64,000 nt of DNA from Candidatus Bathyarchaeota archaeon (GTDB taxonomy: Archaea > Thermoproteota > Bathyarchaeia > Bathyarchaeales > Bathycorpusculaceae). Shown here piece by piece: positions 1-12,775 of the stretch (position 1 is the first letter of the stretch; every line of letters begins with the position of its first letter). The position numbers were made by a program, and so were the translations under genes. The stretch spans positions 58,081 to 122,080 of the forward strand of contig CAWABA010000010.1 in the NCBI GenBank assembly GCA_963780185.1, read 5' to 3'. The notes under the pieces are model-generated. The model ran no database searches and was not told the DNA's origin. It was given only the letters and a program-made list of their open reading frames with translations.

Positions 1-533
1 TCGCGTTTGTCCTTTGCATCGGCGACTTCGTGGAAACACAAGTTGCTGACTGCAGCATCAAAATACCCATCGTCGAAAGGCAACTTTGACGCGCTCGCCT
101 TCTGGAAACTCACTCGTTCGGCTACACCCGCCGCTTTCGCGTTCGCTTCACAGGTGCCCTTTGAGTATTCCCATCGTTCACCCCAAAAGTCAATTCCAGT
201 TACCTGCGCTTCGGCAAACTTCTTGGCAAGCTTTATCGTTAATGCGCCGTTTCCGCAGCCTATGTCAACAGCTTTTCCTTCGCCGCTCCAGTCCAGGTTC
301 GTAATTGCTGTTTCCCAGATTTTATCTTGAACGTTCCCGCCCCGAGGCGAAAACAAATAGCGCGCATAAGCAAAATACACTGCAACAGCAAAGAACACGA
401 GCGCGGGGATAAGTGCGACCCAAAACAGAAATGCCACCGCCAAAAGCGCCAAGCCTAAAACGCCAAAGATGTAGATTAAACGGGTTGAAACCCAATTTCC
501 AAAATCAGGCGCACTTTTTACTTCTTTAGCCAT
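1..533 (-). CDS. Class I SAM-dependent methyltransferase with N-terminal TM segments (runs off window edge)
   Basis: Hand translation from ATG at 533: MAKEVKSAPDFGNWVS...hydrophobic stretch...AVDIGCGNGAL (motif I)...LPFDDGYFDAAVSNLCFHEV. Absent from the ORF track because there is no stop in the window. Confidence 0.85.
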   Translation of the reverse strand, partial: MAKEVKSAPDFGNWVSTRLIYIFGVLGLALLAVAFLFWVALIPALVFFAVAVYFAYARYLFSPRGGNVQDKIWETAITNLDWSGEGKAVDIGCGNGALTIKLAKKFAEAQVTGIDFWGERWEYSKGTCEANAKAAGVAERVSFQKASASKLPFDDGYFDAAVSNLCFHEVADAKDKR

Positions 534-634
534 CTCAATTCACCAGCGGCTTTACTTTGCATTGGAATGCTATTTAAAACTTCAGCAAGAGAGGGCAAGC
601 AATTTTTTTAAGTCAAGGCGAGTTAACGGTTGCT

Positions 635-1426
635 ATGCAGAATATTGATCCTCTCTTTATTCTTCAACCCGTAATCGTAATCATAATCTGCACCGCGCTT
701 TTGCTTTATTGGTACCGCAGGCGACGTTTTCACTGGATGGTGCTTCTGTACTCTCTTGTAGCGTATTCCGTGGCAATCGCGCTCAAGTACGCAGTGCAAA
801 TCCCCACCTACAACTCGGTGAAGAGCTATTTCGGCTCAGCCAGCGTGGGGTTAGGCGTCTACTTCGGTCTTCAAACCGTGTTTTTAGAGGTGGGTTTAGC
901 TTACTTGGTCGCGTGGTGGGTGATTTCCCGCGGGTTGCTTGACCGTAAAGACGCGGAAGCTTACGGTTCAGGGTTGGCTTTCTGGGAAAACGCAGGCTTA
1001 CTCGGCATGCTTTCACTCATCAACCTCATCACCTACTGGAGCATTCTCTCATCCAACACCCCGCTCGCACAGACACTTTACAACCAGTTAAACGCGAATT
1101 CACCTGGGCTTTTTGCTCCTGCGTCCGAAGCTTTACGGTCAGTTGCGTTAGGCACCCTTGAGAGAATCTCTTCAATCATGATTCATTTCGCATGGGGTTA
1201 CCTGTGCTTCATGGCAGTCACACTGCGGAAGAGGCAGCTGTTTCTGATTGCGTTGCCCATGGGGTTTGTCGATTTCCTGGTTCCTTTTGCCTCAGGCATC
1301 GGAATCGTGGTTTTCGAAGCCATTGTATTCGCGTTGGCGGTCTTGTCTATCTTTGTGGCTTGGTACGCTGTTAAGCATGCAGGCGGAAACTCGGAAAACG
1401 ACATTCCAGTGTCCCAAGTCAAATAA
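635..1426 (+). CDS. YhfC/PrsW-like intramembrane glutamic protease family protein
   Basis: Multi-TM protein with FLEVG, GLAFWEN and LERISSIMIH motifs. Confidence 0.7.
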   Translation: MQNIDPLFILQPVIVIIICTALLLYWYRRRRFHWMVLLYSLVAYSVAIALKYAVQIPTYNSVKSYFGSASVGLGVYFGLQTVFLEVGLAYLVAWWVISRGLLDRKDAEAYGSGLAFWENAGLLGMLSLINLITYWSILSSNTPLAQTLYNQLNANSPGLFAPASEALRSVALGTLERISSIMIHFAWGYLCFMAVTLRKRQLFLIALPMGFVDFLVPFASGIGIVVFEAIVFALAVLSIFVAWYAVKHAGGNSENDIPVSQVK

Positions 1427-1479
1427 ATGCATAAAGCTTATCCCTAACTTGCCATTAATAGCAGAAGAGTGGGGTCAGT

Positions 1480-2278
1480 ATGTCGTTAGAATCGGGAAGG
1501 CACTTAGGGTTCATCGCCAGCTTGATAGCGGTCATCGTGCCAGTCATCACGGTTTTTTTGTACGGTTTTCTTATTTTGTCGTTGTTTGGTTTCGTTTCAT
1601 CTGCTGCAACTGGAGGTAGCCAAACCTACGGCGGCACCTTTTTCCCTGTTGGAATCCTGTTTGTGCTTATCGCCATTGTGGTTATCGCTATCGTCGGAAT
1701 TGTCCTGTTTTTCCTTTCGCTGCACAGGCTAAGCCAGTACTATAATGAGCCAGGCATATTCAAGAATGCATTTTACGGTTTCATAATAAACATAGTTGGA
1801 GGAGGTATCGTTGTTGCGGTTATGTTTGCGGTTTTATTTGCATCTATATTTTCTTCGTTCTCTCACCCCGTGACGAGTCTTTCCCCATTTGGGGCTATCG
1901 GGTTGATTTTAGGCGTAGCCGCAGCGGCTTTTGTAATTGGGATAGTTAGTGCTGTACTCTTCAAGCGTTCCTTCGACAAACTTGGAGAGAAATCAGGAGT
2001 CCAAAGCTTCAAAACTGCAGGCGACTTGTACCTGATCGGCACAGTTTTAACTATCGTTTTTGTCGGCAGCTTAATTGTGTGGATTGCCTGGATTTATTCT
2101 GCCTCAGGGTTCTATTCGCTCAAGCCAACATCAGGGCAGCCATCAGTCATTTCTTATTCCGCGCCGCAGCCTCCCGCGACATTTAACATGGCGGAAAAGC
2201 GATATTGTCCAATACTGCGGAGCACAAATCAGCGCTGACTCACTTTACTGCCCCAACTGCGGAAGACAAATTCGATAA
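1480..2278 (+). CDS. DUF996-type membrane protein with C-terminal zinc ribbon (frameshift near 2210)
   Basis: LSQYYNEPGIFKNA and FKTAGDLYLIGTVL motifs. The ribbon YC(Q)YCG...YCPNCGRQI is split between ORFs 1480-2238 and 2075-2278. Confidence 0.75.
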
Positions 2279-2370
2279 TGAAAAGTGCAACTTCTCCCTG
2301 AATTTGTCGTCGACAACAAATTTTATATCTTGGTGCTCGCTCCTTTTCGGAGTAGAAGTTGTGATACCTT

Positions 2371-3351
2371 ATGGCTGTTAAAACAACACCAGTGTATATT
2401 GACTTGTTGAACCAAGCGGTAGAACGCGAATTCCAAGTCGCAGTACAGTATTTCCTGCAGCACGCAAAAATGGAAAAAATCATTAAGAAACAAATCCCCG
2501 AAAACATCCTCTTAGACAAAACCACTTATGACGCAGTTGGAAAGATTCTTCACGAAATCTCCGTCCAAGAAATGAAGCATGCCGCTTCCATAATGGAAAG
2601 AATTTACTATCTTGGCGGCGAAGCGACCACTAAAGGCGGCAAAGTAGTCATCGGCGACACTATCAGCGAATTCGCCAAGCTCGGCGTAAAGGCGGAGGAA
2701 GAAGCCTTGGTCTTGTACCGTAAAATCATCGATACAGCTGGGCAAATGGGCGACTGGGAAACACGGGAGACGTTTGAAAAAATCTACGGTGAAGAAGAAG
2801 AACACCTCTTCAAATTCCAAGAGTACACTGCCTTCCAGGATGAGAAGGAAGGCCCCGATCAGGTGCCTCTGTCCGAGTGGCGCAAAATATTCACCCCCGA
2901 CTACATTGAACTGTTGAACAAGGCGGTTGCAGCTGAAATCTGCGGGATAATCCAGTACACTAACCAGCATGAAAAAGCCGCGTTGCTTGAGCTCAGAATG
3001 AAGAAGACTCCGCTAGAAACCGTTCAGGGAACAAACTACCAGGGCGTCGTGAGCAAACTCCTCAAAGACGTGTTCATGCAGGAAATGGCCCACCTTGAAA
3101 AAATCAGCGAACGAATCTACCTAGTCGACGGCGAAGCAGTAACCAAGCCGAATCCTCTCCCTGTCGTCGGCAAAACACCGCTCGAAATCCTGCGGCTAGA
3201 CCACAAACTTGAAGCAGACACCATCGCGCTATATCGGCAAATCATCGCTGAAGCCATGAAACGCGGCGACACGACAACAAGAAGAATCTTTGAAGACATC
3301 GTTCTGCAGGAAGAAGACCACTACTGGACATTCGACGACTACGTCAGATAA
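2371..3351 (+). CDS. Ferritin/bacterioferritin-like protein with two tandem di-iron domains
   Basis: Ferroxidase-type motifs appear twice: LNQAVERE..QY / QEMKH / EEEEH and LNKAVAAE..QY / QEMAH / QEEDH. Confidence 0.85.
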   Translation: MAVKTTPVYIDLLNQAVEREFQVAVQYFLQHAKMEKIIKKQIPENILLDKTTYDAVGKILHEISVQEMKHAASIMERIYYLGGEATTKGGKVVIGDTISEFAKLGVKAEEEALVLYRKIIDTAGQMGDWETRETFEKIYGEEEEHLFKFQEYTAFQDEKEGPDQVPLSEWRKIFTPDYIELLNKAVAAEICGIIQYTNQHEKAALLELRMKKTPLETVQGTNYQGVVSKLLKDVFMQEMAHLEKISERIYLVDGEAVTKPNPLPVVGKTPLEILRLDHKLEADTIALYRQIIAEAMKRGDTTTRRIFEDIVLQEEDHYWTFDDYVR

Positions 3352-3547
3352 ACCAACTTTTCTTTCCCTATTTTCTTTTCAGGGACACTTCTCTTTATCT
3401 TAATATGCCCTCTATGTTGAAGCCTGTTTAGAACTTCGTTTTTTTTGGCGCAGGAGCAATTAATTTTAGATTCAAATAGAAAACTGGTTTTTCCGAAACC
3501 TTAATTCCCAACCAGCGCCACAACTAGACCTGACAGAGGCGAAGTTA

Positions 3548-3685
3548 ATGCAGAAAAAAGATTTGCCTCGTTGTGTAAACTGCGGGAATCTTATCGACGA
3601 CTGTAAATGCGTGTGCCCGTATTGCGGGGAAACTGCAAAGTGCACTTGTTGCATCGGCATCGATAAAGCATCAGGCGGCGGGTAA
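3548..3685 (+). CDS. Small Cys-rich metal-binding protein (45 aa, 9 Cys)
   Basis: Hand translation: MQKKDLPRCVNCGNLIDDCKCVCPYCGETAKCTCCIGIDKASGGG*. Below the ORF-track length cutoff. Confidence 0.75.
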   Translation: MQKKDLPRCVNCGNLIDDCKCVCPYCGETAKCTCCIGIDKASGGG

Positions 3686-3732
3686 CCGCTCCTTAATATG
3701 TACAAAGTTATTCATGGGAAAGGGAAACAAAA

Positions 3733-6612
<2,880 letters not shown>

Positions 6613-6758
6613 AACTTTTCCTCTTAAGGAAAAGAGAGGCGGATTTAGAAGCCTTCTCCCTTTCTCCTCGATCCTTCTCCTCAACCTTTCCTTAAACAAA
6701 CAGTTGCGGAAAAGCCATATAAGCGGTATTGCCGTGCCCGATATATGTCGGCTTTGGC

Positions 6759-7133
6759 TTATTGTGTTTTGTCTTTGGTTTCTTCGTCGCGGTAGCATTC
6801 AGCGGTGAATTTCGGGGTGCAGATGCAGTAGAACACTAAGTCTGTTTTCCCGATGTTGCTTATTCTCTGGGAGGCTTCAGGTGGAATTATGATGAGGTCT
6901 CCTTGGGTTACTTTGGTTGGTTTTATGTCGCCGACATCTACTTGGCCTTCCCCGCTGGTTATAAGGTATATTTCGTTGACGCCGACGAGGTGATGCGCTA
7001 TCGTTGTGACTCCTGGTTTTACCCGAGCTTGCGCAATTGAAATCCCCTTTACGCTGTAGTTTTCGGTTATTAGAACCCGTTCTGATGTAGGCGTCTCTTT
7101 TAGGGTGTTAGCTTTCACAATTTTCGGCTTCAA
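6759..7133 (-). CDS. Cupin domain protein
   Basis: AHHL..VNEIYLITSGEG and GDLIIIPP..SQRISN cupin motifs. Confidence 0.85.
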   Translation of the reverse strand: MKPKIVKANTLKETPTSERVLITENYSVKGISIAQARVKPGVTTIAHHLVGVNEIYLITSGEGQVDVGDIKPTKVTQGDLIIIPPEASQRISNIGKTDLVFYCICTPKFTAECYRDEETKDKTQ

Positions 7134-7370
7134 ATACTAAACCTCACCTTTCTTTCGTATCTGCTTACATAAAAGGCAACTAGAGGTGTATATTCGTTTT
7201 TTAATTATATTTTTATCGCAAACCTTAACCTAACTATTATTTACGTAAAAATCGGCTTTTTTCCCAAACAAGGGCTTTTTTGGTTTTTTTTGTTTTGAAT
7301 TTTTTGTTTATTTTTGATGGTGTAGGCTTTCGGGTTTCACGCTATATTGCGAGATTAATGTGAAAATAAC

Positions 7371-7426
7371 TTATATATGCGCTAAATATAGTGTGTTGTC
7401 AGGATTGTCGGCACTACACATATAAC
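7371..7426 (+). promoter_or_regulatory. TATA box followed by tandem NrdR-box-like operators
   Basis: TTATATAT at 7371-7378. GCGCTAAATATAGTGT at 7379-7394 resembles the NrdR consensus acaCwAtATaTwGtg. A weaker copy GCACTACACATATAAC starts 32 bp later (7411-7426). Confidence 0.6.
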
Positions 7427-7449
7427 AAACCACGGAACATGTATAACCT

Positions 7450-7899
7450 ATGCGATGTCCATACTGCAACTCTGAAAACTCCAAAACCTTGGAAACGCGT
7501 GAATCCCCAGAAAACACCACGCGCAGACGAAGAGAATGCATCAACTGTGGAAAACGCTTCACAACTTACGAATACGTTGAAACCGTCGAACTCATGGTTA
7601 GAAAAAAAGATGACCGCCTTGAAAGATTCGACGTCAACAAAATAATCCGCGGCTTACAGAAGGCATGCGAAAAAAGACCAGTGACAATGAGCCAAATCAA
7701 CGAATTAGCCGAACAGGTAAGGCAAGATTTGATGCTTAGAGACACCGAGGAAGTCGCGTCGCAGGAAATCGGCGACCTAATCATGAAGCATCTAAAAAAC
7801 GTCGACCGCATAGCGTACATTCGTTTCGCGTCGGTTTACAAGCAATTTGAAGAGCCTGAAGATTTCAGGCGGTTACTCCTTGAGGTGAAAAAACAATGA
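7450..7899 (+). CDS. nrdR: Transcriptional repressor NrdR
   Basis: MRCPYC...RRRRECINCGKRFTTYE zinc ribbon, ATP cone, AYIRFASVY. Confidence 0.96.
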   Translation: MRCPYCNSENSKTLETRESPENTTRRRRECINCGKRFTTYEYVETVELMVRKKDDRLERFDVNKIIRGLQKACEKRPVTMSQINELAEQVRQDLMLRDTEEVASQEIGDLIMKHLKNVDRIAYIRFASVYKQFEEPEDFRRLLLEVKKQ

Positions 7900-10022
7900 A
7901 GTTCGTATTAAAACGTGATAGTAAATTAGAACCATTCGATCAAGAACGCATTACCACCGCCATTTGGAAAGCTGCAAAAGCATGTGGCGGAAGGGACAAA
8001 GAGCAAGCGAAGCGGGTAAGCGACGAAGTAGTCGCAGAACTCCAAAAAACCTACGGGGACGACGGGGTGCCCACGGTTGAGGAAGTCCAGGATGTCGTTG
8101 AAAAACGCCTGATTGAAAACGGGCATGCCCAGACGGCGAAAGCCTACATTTTGTACCGTAAACAGCACAGCGACATGCGTGAGTTAGCTGCGCTGTTGAG
8201 CTCTTCAGACATGGTTGACCAGTACCTTGAGGTTGAGGATTGGCGTGTTAAAGAGAACAGCAACATGAGCTATTCACTTCAGGGATTGAACAATTACCTG
8301 TCATCCACGGTAATAGCCAAATATTGGATTTCAAGAATTTACCCAGAAAACATAGCTGACGCCCACTTTTCGGGTGACTTACATATCCACGACCTAGGCG
8401 TCTTAGGCGCATACTGCGTCGGCTGGGACGTAAGCGAGTTGTTGATGGCAGGGTTCGGAGGGGTTCCAGGCAAAATTGAAAGCAAACCAGCAAAACACTT
8501 CCGCACCGCGCTAGGCCAAGTAGTGAATTTCTTCTACACGTTGCAGGGCGAAGCAGCAGGCGCGCAGGCTTTCAGCAACTTTGACACCTACCTTGCCCCA
8601 TTCATACGATACGACCACCTTAACCAGCAAGAAGTCCAGCAGGCTCTTCAGGAATTCTTCTTCAACATGAACGTGCCGACCCGTGTGGGTTTCCAGACGC
8701 CGTTCACCAATTTAACGTTGGATCTGGATGTGCCCGACTTCATGAAGGATGAGGCTGTGTTGTTCAACGGCAAAGTAACACAGGACACCTACGGCAGCAT
8801 GACTAAGGAAATGGAGATGTTCAACTTAGCATTCGCTGAGGTTATGCGGCAAGGCGATTCAAAAGGCAGAGTTTTCACCTTCCCAATTCCAACCTACAAC
8901 ATAACGAAAGACTTCAACTGGGATTCGCCTGTTGCACAAGCCATCTTTGAAGTTACCGCAAAATACGGTGTACCCTACTTCTCAAACTTCGTTAATAGCG
9001 ACATGAAACCCGAGGACGTACGCAGCATGTGCTGCCGTCTACGCATAGACAACCGTGAACTACGTAAGCGAGGAGGAGGCTTCTTCGGCGCTAACCCATT
9101 GACTGGCAGCATAGGCGTTGTAACCTTAAACATTCCAAGAATCGGCTACCTGTCTAAGGATGAAGACGAATTCTTCGAACGACTGGAAAAGTTGATGGAA
9201 ACCGCCAAAGAAAGCTTAGAAATCAAACGCAAAGTCCTTGAAGCATTCACAGACAACGGTTTGTACCCGTATTCCCGCCGTTACCTAAAGCATGTAAAAG
9301 AAGGCTATGGCAAGTACTGGAAGAACCATTTCTCCACCATAGGCATAGTAGGCGTCAACGAAGCAATCATAAACCTGCTCGGCCAAAACATCGCAACGCG
9401 TGATGGACAAGCCTTCGCCGTTAAAATGTTAGCTTTCATGCGTAGCCGTCTGGCAGATTATCAAGAGGAAACTGATTGCATCTACAATCTTGAAGCAACC
9501 CCCGCTGAAGGCACCTCTTACAGGCTTGCCCGCATCGACAAACGCCGATACAAAGACATCATATTCGCTAACCAAAAACAAGTAGTCGCTGACCACGCAG
9601 AACCCTTCTACACGAACTCTTCCCAGCTGCCCGTTGACTTTGCAGGTGACCTCTTCGAAGCCTTAGATCACCAGGAGAGTTTGCAGACCCTCTACACAGG
9701 AGGCACCGTGTTTCACATTTTCCTTGGCGAAAGGCTTAGCTCATGGAAAGCCGCGGCTGAACTCATCAAGAAAGTGGCTTGGAACTCAAAGCTGCCGTAC
9801 TTCACCTTAACGCCGACCTTCAGCGTCTGCCCAACCCACGGATACACAAACGGCGAACACAAAACTTGCCCAACCTGCGGAGCAAACTGCGAGGTCTACT
9901 CACGAGTAGTCGGGTACCTGCGGCCAGTTGACCAGTGGAACGACGGAAAACAAGCAGAATTCGCTATGCGCAAAACATTCGACCGATCAGCCATCGTGTC
10001 CACTGTGCCCTTAACAAGTTAG
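7896..10022 (+). CDS. nrdD: Anaerobic (class III) ribonucleoside-triphosphate reductase with N-terminal ATP cone
   Basis: LKRD ATP cone, HIHDL, SMCCRL, ATPAEG, CPTHG..CPTC zinc site, YSRVVGYLRP glycyl-radical motif. Confidence 0.96.
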   Translation: MKFVLKRDSKLEPFDQERITTAIWKAAKACGGRDKEQAKRVSDEVVAELQKTYGDDGVPTVEEVQDVVEKRLIENGHAQTAKAYILYRKQHSDMRELAALLSSSDMVDQYLEVEDWRVKENSNMSYSLQGLNNYLSSTVIAKYWISRIYPENIADAHFSGDLHIHDLGVLGAYCVGWDVSELLMAGFGGVPGKIESKPAKHFRTALGQVVNFFYTLQGEAAGAQAFSNFDTYLAPFIRYDHLNQQEVQQALQEFFFNMNVPTRVGFQTPFTNLTLDLDVPDFMKDEAVLFNGKVTQDTYGSMTKEMEMFNLAFAEVMRQGDSKGRVFTFPIPTYNITKDFNWDSPVAQAIFEVTAKYGVPYFSNFVNSDMKPEDVRSMCCRLRIDNRELRKRGGGFFGANPLTGSIGVVTLNIPRIGYLSKDEDEFFERLEKLMETAKESLEIKRKVLEAFTDNGLYPYSRRYLKHVKEGYGKYWKNHFSTIGIVGVNEAIINLLGQNIATRDGQAFAVKMLAFMRSRLADYQEETDCIYNLEATPAEGTSYRLARIDKRRYKDIIFANQKQVVADHAEPFYTNSSQLPVDFAGDLFEALDHQESLQTLYTGGTVFHIFLGERLSSWKAAAELIKKVAWNSKLPYFTLTPTFSVCPTHGYTNGEHKTCPTCGANCEVYSRVVGYLRPVDQWNDGKQAEFAMRKTFDRSAIVSTVPLTS

Positions 10023-10038
10023 AAAGGAATCTTGCAGC

Positions 10039-10716
10039 ATGAAGTTTAGCGGATTACAGAAAACAAGCTTAGTCGATTACCCCGATAAAGTAGCCAGCGT
10101 GCTGTTCACTCCAGGCTGCAACCTCCGATGCCCCTTCTGCCATAACTGGCGCATAGCCGTCGATCCGCAGCCGCCGTTTCTGCAGGAAGCCGCCGCGCTG
10201 GAAATTCTGGAAAGCCGCAAAAGATACGTTGACGCCGTCGTAGTCACCGGTGGGGAACCGTGTATGCATAAGGAACTGCCTAAATTCCTCGCTAAACTCA
10301 AAGAACGTGGCTTCTCGGTGAAGTTGGATACGAACGGCTTCTTCCCAGACATCCTTGAAGAATGCCTAGCAAGCGTGGATTACGTGGCAATGGACGTGAA
10401 GACATGCAGGGAAAAATACAAGCTTCTGGGCGCACAAAACACCGATGGGCTGATGCGAACCATGGAAATCCTCAAGACAGGTAAGGTTCCGTACGAGTTC
10501 AGGACAACAGTGGTGCCGCAGATAGTCACGGCGCAGGACGCCGTTGGCATCGGGGAGTTGGTTAAAGGCTCAAAAACCCACGCGCTCCAACAATTCATAG
10601 CTGAGGATACGCTTGACAAAAAATTCCAGACGCTTAAGCCTTACACGCCTGAAGCAATAGGTGAGTTCGCAGAGGTCATCCGCAAATACACGGAAAATGT
10701 GCTGCTAAGAATATAG
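10039..10716 (+). CDS. nrdG: Anaerobic RNR activating radical SAM enzyme
   Basis: GCNLRCPFCHN, TGGEP, LDTNG, EFRTT; directly follows nrdD. Confidence 0.93.
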   Translation: MKFSGLQKTSLVDYPDKVASVLFTPGCNLRCPFCHNWRIAVDPQPPFLQEAAALEILESRKRYVDAVVVTGGEPCMHKELPKFLAKLKERGFSVKLDTNGFFPDILEECLASVDYVAMDVKTCREKYKLLGAQNTDGLMRTMEILKTGKVPYEFRTTVVPQIVTAQDAVGIGELVKGSKTHALQQFIAEDTLDKKFQTLKPYTPEAIGEFAEVIRKYTENVLLRI

Positions 10717-10860
10717 CTCGCCGCCACGGCTCTTTTCCGTCACGCCTACCTTACCTTTTAGTAAAAAACAACTTTCCTCCGCATTTTCCTTGGAGTGCTT
10801 TCTTTACTTTTCGAAAGAGTTAACCAAACTTGATTCTTGCAAGAAGGCTTTTGGGTCAAA

Positions 10861-10920
10861 AAGGAACGGGAATAAACGGGGAGCAACGGGGTGGAACGGG
10901 ATTCAATGGGATGGAACGGG
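10861..10920 (+). repeat. Six tandem 10-bp units ending AA(C/T)GGG
   Basis: aaggaacggg aataaacggg gagcaacggg gtggaacggg attcaatggg atggaacggg. Confidence 0.85.
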
Positions 10921-11104
10921 AAAAAACGTGACTTGCAAACGCCTCAAACCCCAAACCAAAAAAACAACCCAAAATCAACCCTAACAGAAACGTCGATTAA
11001 CGCTTTTTTCTTTTTTGCTATTTTCTAACGCGTGGATTTTCGGATGTTTGTACATGTTTTAAACAGGTCAGGAGGCGTCATGTTTATTTAAATCGTAATC
11101 ACAC

Positions 11105-12481
11105 GTGCTGCCAGAAACAAACAGCAGTAGCTATATTCGAGAGGGGGGTGCGTCAGTGAAAAATAGGTCTTTCATAGTGGCTTTTGTAGTCATCATAATA
11201 ACGGTACCATTTGTTTTCATGGCAACAAACAGCGTTTTTCCTCAAACGACACCAACACTTCAATCAAGCGGGAATATAGCAGCCACCTCTGCCTATGTCA
11301 AACCAGATTGCTTAATTCAAACAGACGGCTCAGGATTCTACCAAGCAGTAAATGCCACCGACGGCAAAGCTATCTTTTCATCCACAAACGCAAGCAACAC
11401 AATAAACTCGGAAATCAAAGATAGCACCTGCATTGCCCTCGGAACAGGAACTTTCGTTTTAAGCAACACGATAACAAAACAAGCTAACAATGTCACCATT
11501 GAAGGGCAAGGAAGCAAAACTGTCATTACGCTTTCCATGCCTGGTTTCAGCGCCTTCACGTTTAGGAACGTAAACAACTGGACAATTTGCCAACTGGAGA
11601 TCAAAGCATGTTCGGAGTACAAAAGTTCCGGATTCTACATGTCAAGCTGTCAAAACATCACTATCGAAAACTGCGGGGTCAGCAACTCATACTACAGCGG
11701 AATAACAACCCTTTGCTCATCTAACATCACATTCGACGGCAACTCGATTCAGAACGCAAGCTACGGGTTCGGAATCGCCGTCTGGAATACCACCGTATCA
11801 ACAATAACCAATAACAAAATAGACTTCACCTATTGGTCAGGAATAACAGTTTCAGACGGTTCAAACTACAATGTCATAGCAAGAAACATAGTCTCAAGAA
11901 GCGGACAAAACGGGAAATTAGGCGACGGAATAGAAATCGGCTCAACGGCGCAATCAGTTGCCACAGTCGGAAACTTCGTATTCAACAACACCTGCCATAA
12001 CAACGTCGTAGATGGAATTTCTATAGCACAGAGCAATCTTACAAGGGTTTTTGGAAACTATGTTTTCGAAAATGGCGCAGCCGGAATAGCATTGGAAAGC
12101 AATTCAACGGGGACACAGGTGATAGGCAATTACGCATTCAGCAATTCAGGTCTATTTTTGGCAGGCGGCGGAATATCAGTTTCAGGCGCTGGAACAATAG
12201 GCACAACGATAAAAGAAAACGAGGTCTTTAGCAATCAGCAAAATGGAATCTTTTTGCTAGAAAACTCAAGCAGCTCGCTTGTCATTGAAAACAAAGTTTT
12301 CGACAATGGCCAGAAACGCGCAAACGTTTACGATGGAATAGCTATCGATTCCTCAAACAACAGGATTGAAAATAATACCTGTTATGACGACCAATCTGCC
12401 ATAACACAAAGGTACGGAATAAACGCAGGGTATGGATTTTCAAACAACACGATTATTGGAAATGTGTTTTCTAAACTTTAA
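11105..12481 (+). CDS. Membrane-anchored right-handed parallel beta-helix (NosD/pectin-lyase-like) protein
   Basis: N-terminal TM helix followed by repeated GI.l..s..N.I..N units. The true start may be the GTG near 11156. Confidence 0.85.
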   Translation: MLPETNSSSYIREGGASVKNRSFIVAFVVIIITVPFVFMATNSVFPQTTPTLQSSGNIAATSAYVKPDCLIQTDGSGFYQAVNATDGKAIFSSTNASNTINSEIKDSTCIALGTGTFVLSNTITKQANNVTIEGQGSKTVITLSMPGFSAFTFRNVNNWTICQLEIKACSEYKSSGFYMSSCQNITIENCGVSNSYYSGITTLCSSNITFDGNSIQNASYGFGIAVWNTTVSTITNNKIDFTYWSGITVSDGSNYNVIARNIVSRSGQNGKLGDGIEIGSTAQSVATVGNFVFNNTCHNNVVDGISIAQSNLTRVFGNYVFENGAAGIALESNSTGTQVIGNYAFSNSGLFLAGGGISVSGAGTIGTTIKENEVFSNQQNGIFLLENSSSSLVIENKVFDNGQKRANVYDGIAIDSSNNRIENNTCYDDQSAITQRYGINAGYGFSNNTIIGNVFSKL

Positions 12482-12775
12482 AAAAATATCCACAGCAGTT
12501 TGGCTGTTTTCCTAATTCGTTTTTTCTTAGGCTGACTTGAGCTTGACCTCAAGTAGTCGGTTGGCACCTTTTCGAAAAAAGAGCAGCTTAGCCAGCGATT
12601 AACAAAATGAAAATTTAAAATAGACCTGACGACAAAAGAACTAGATGAAAGAAACGCAAGATAGAACATTGAGATTTCTAAGATCATTCGAATGCAGTTT
12701 CAGATTTGAAGAAAACTGATTGGTTTCGTGGAAATATGTTGTTAATGAATTTGTTAATGAATCAGGCGGAAAACC

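Noticed and set aside
7-330. Plus-strand ORFs at the window start and other antisense ORFs (e.g. 39823-40545, 55979-56392)
   Set aside because: They are shadows of well-supported genes on the opposite strand.
10861-10920. CRISPR array
   Set aside because: The period is 10 bp with 4-nt variable parts, far too short, and there are no cas genes.
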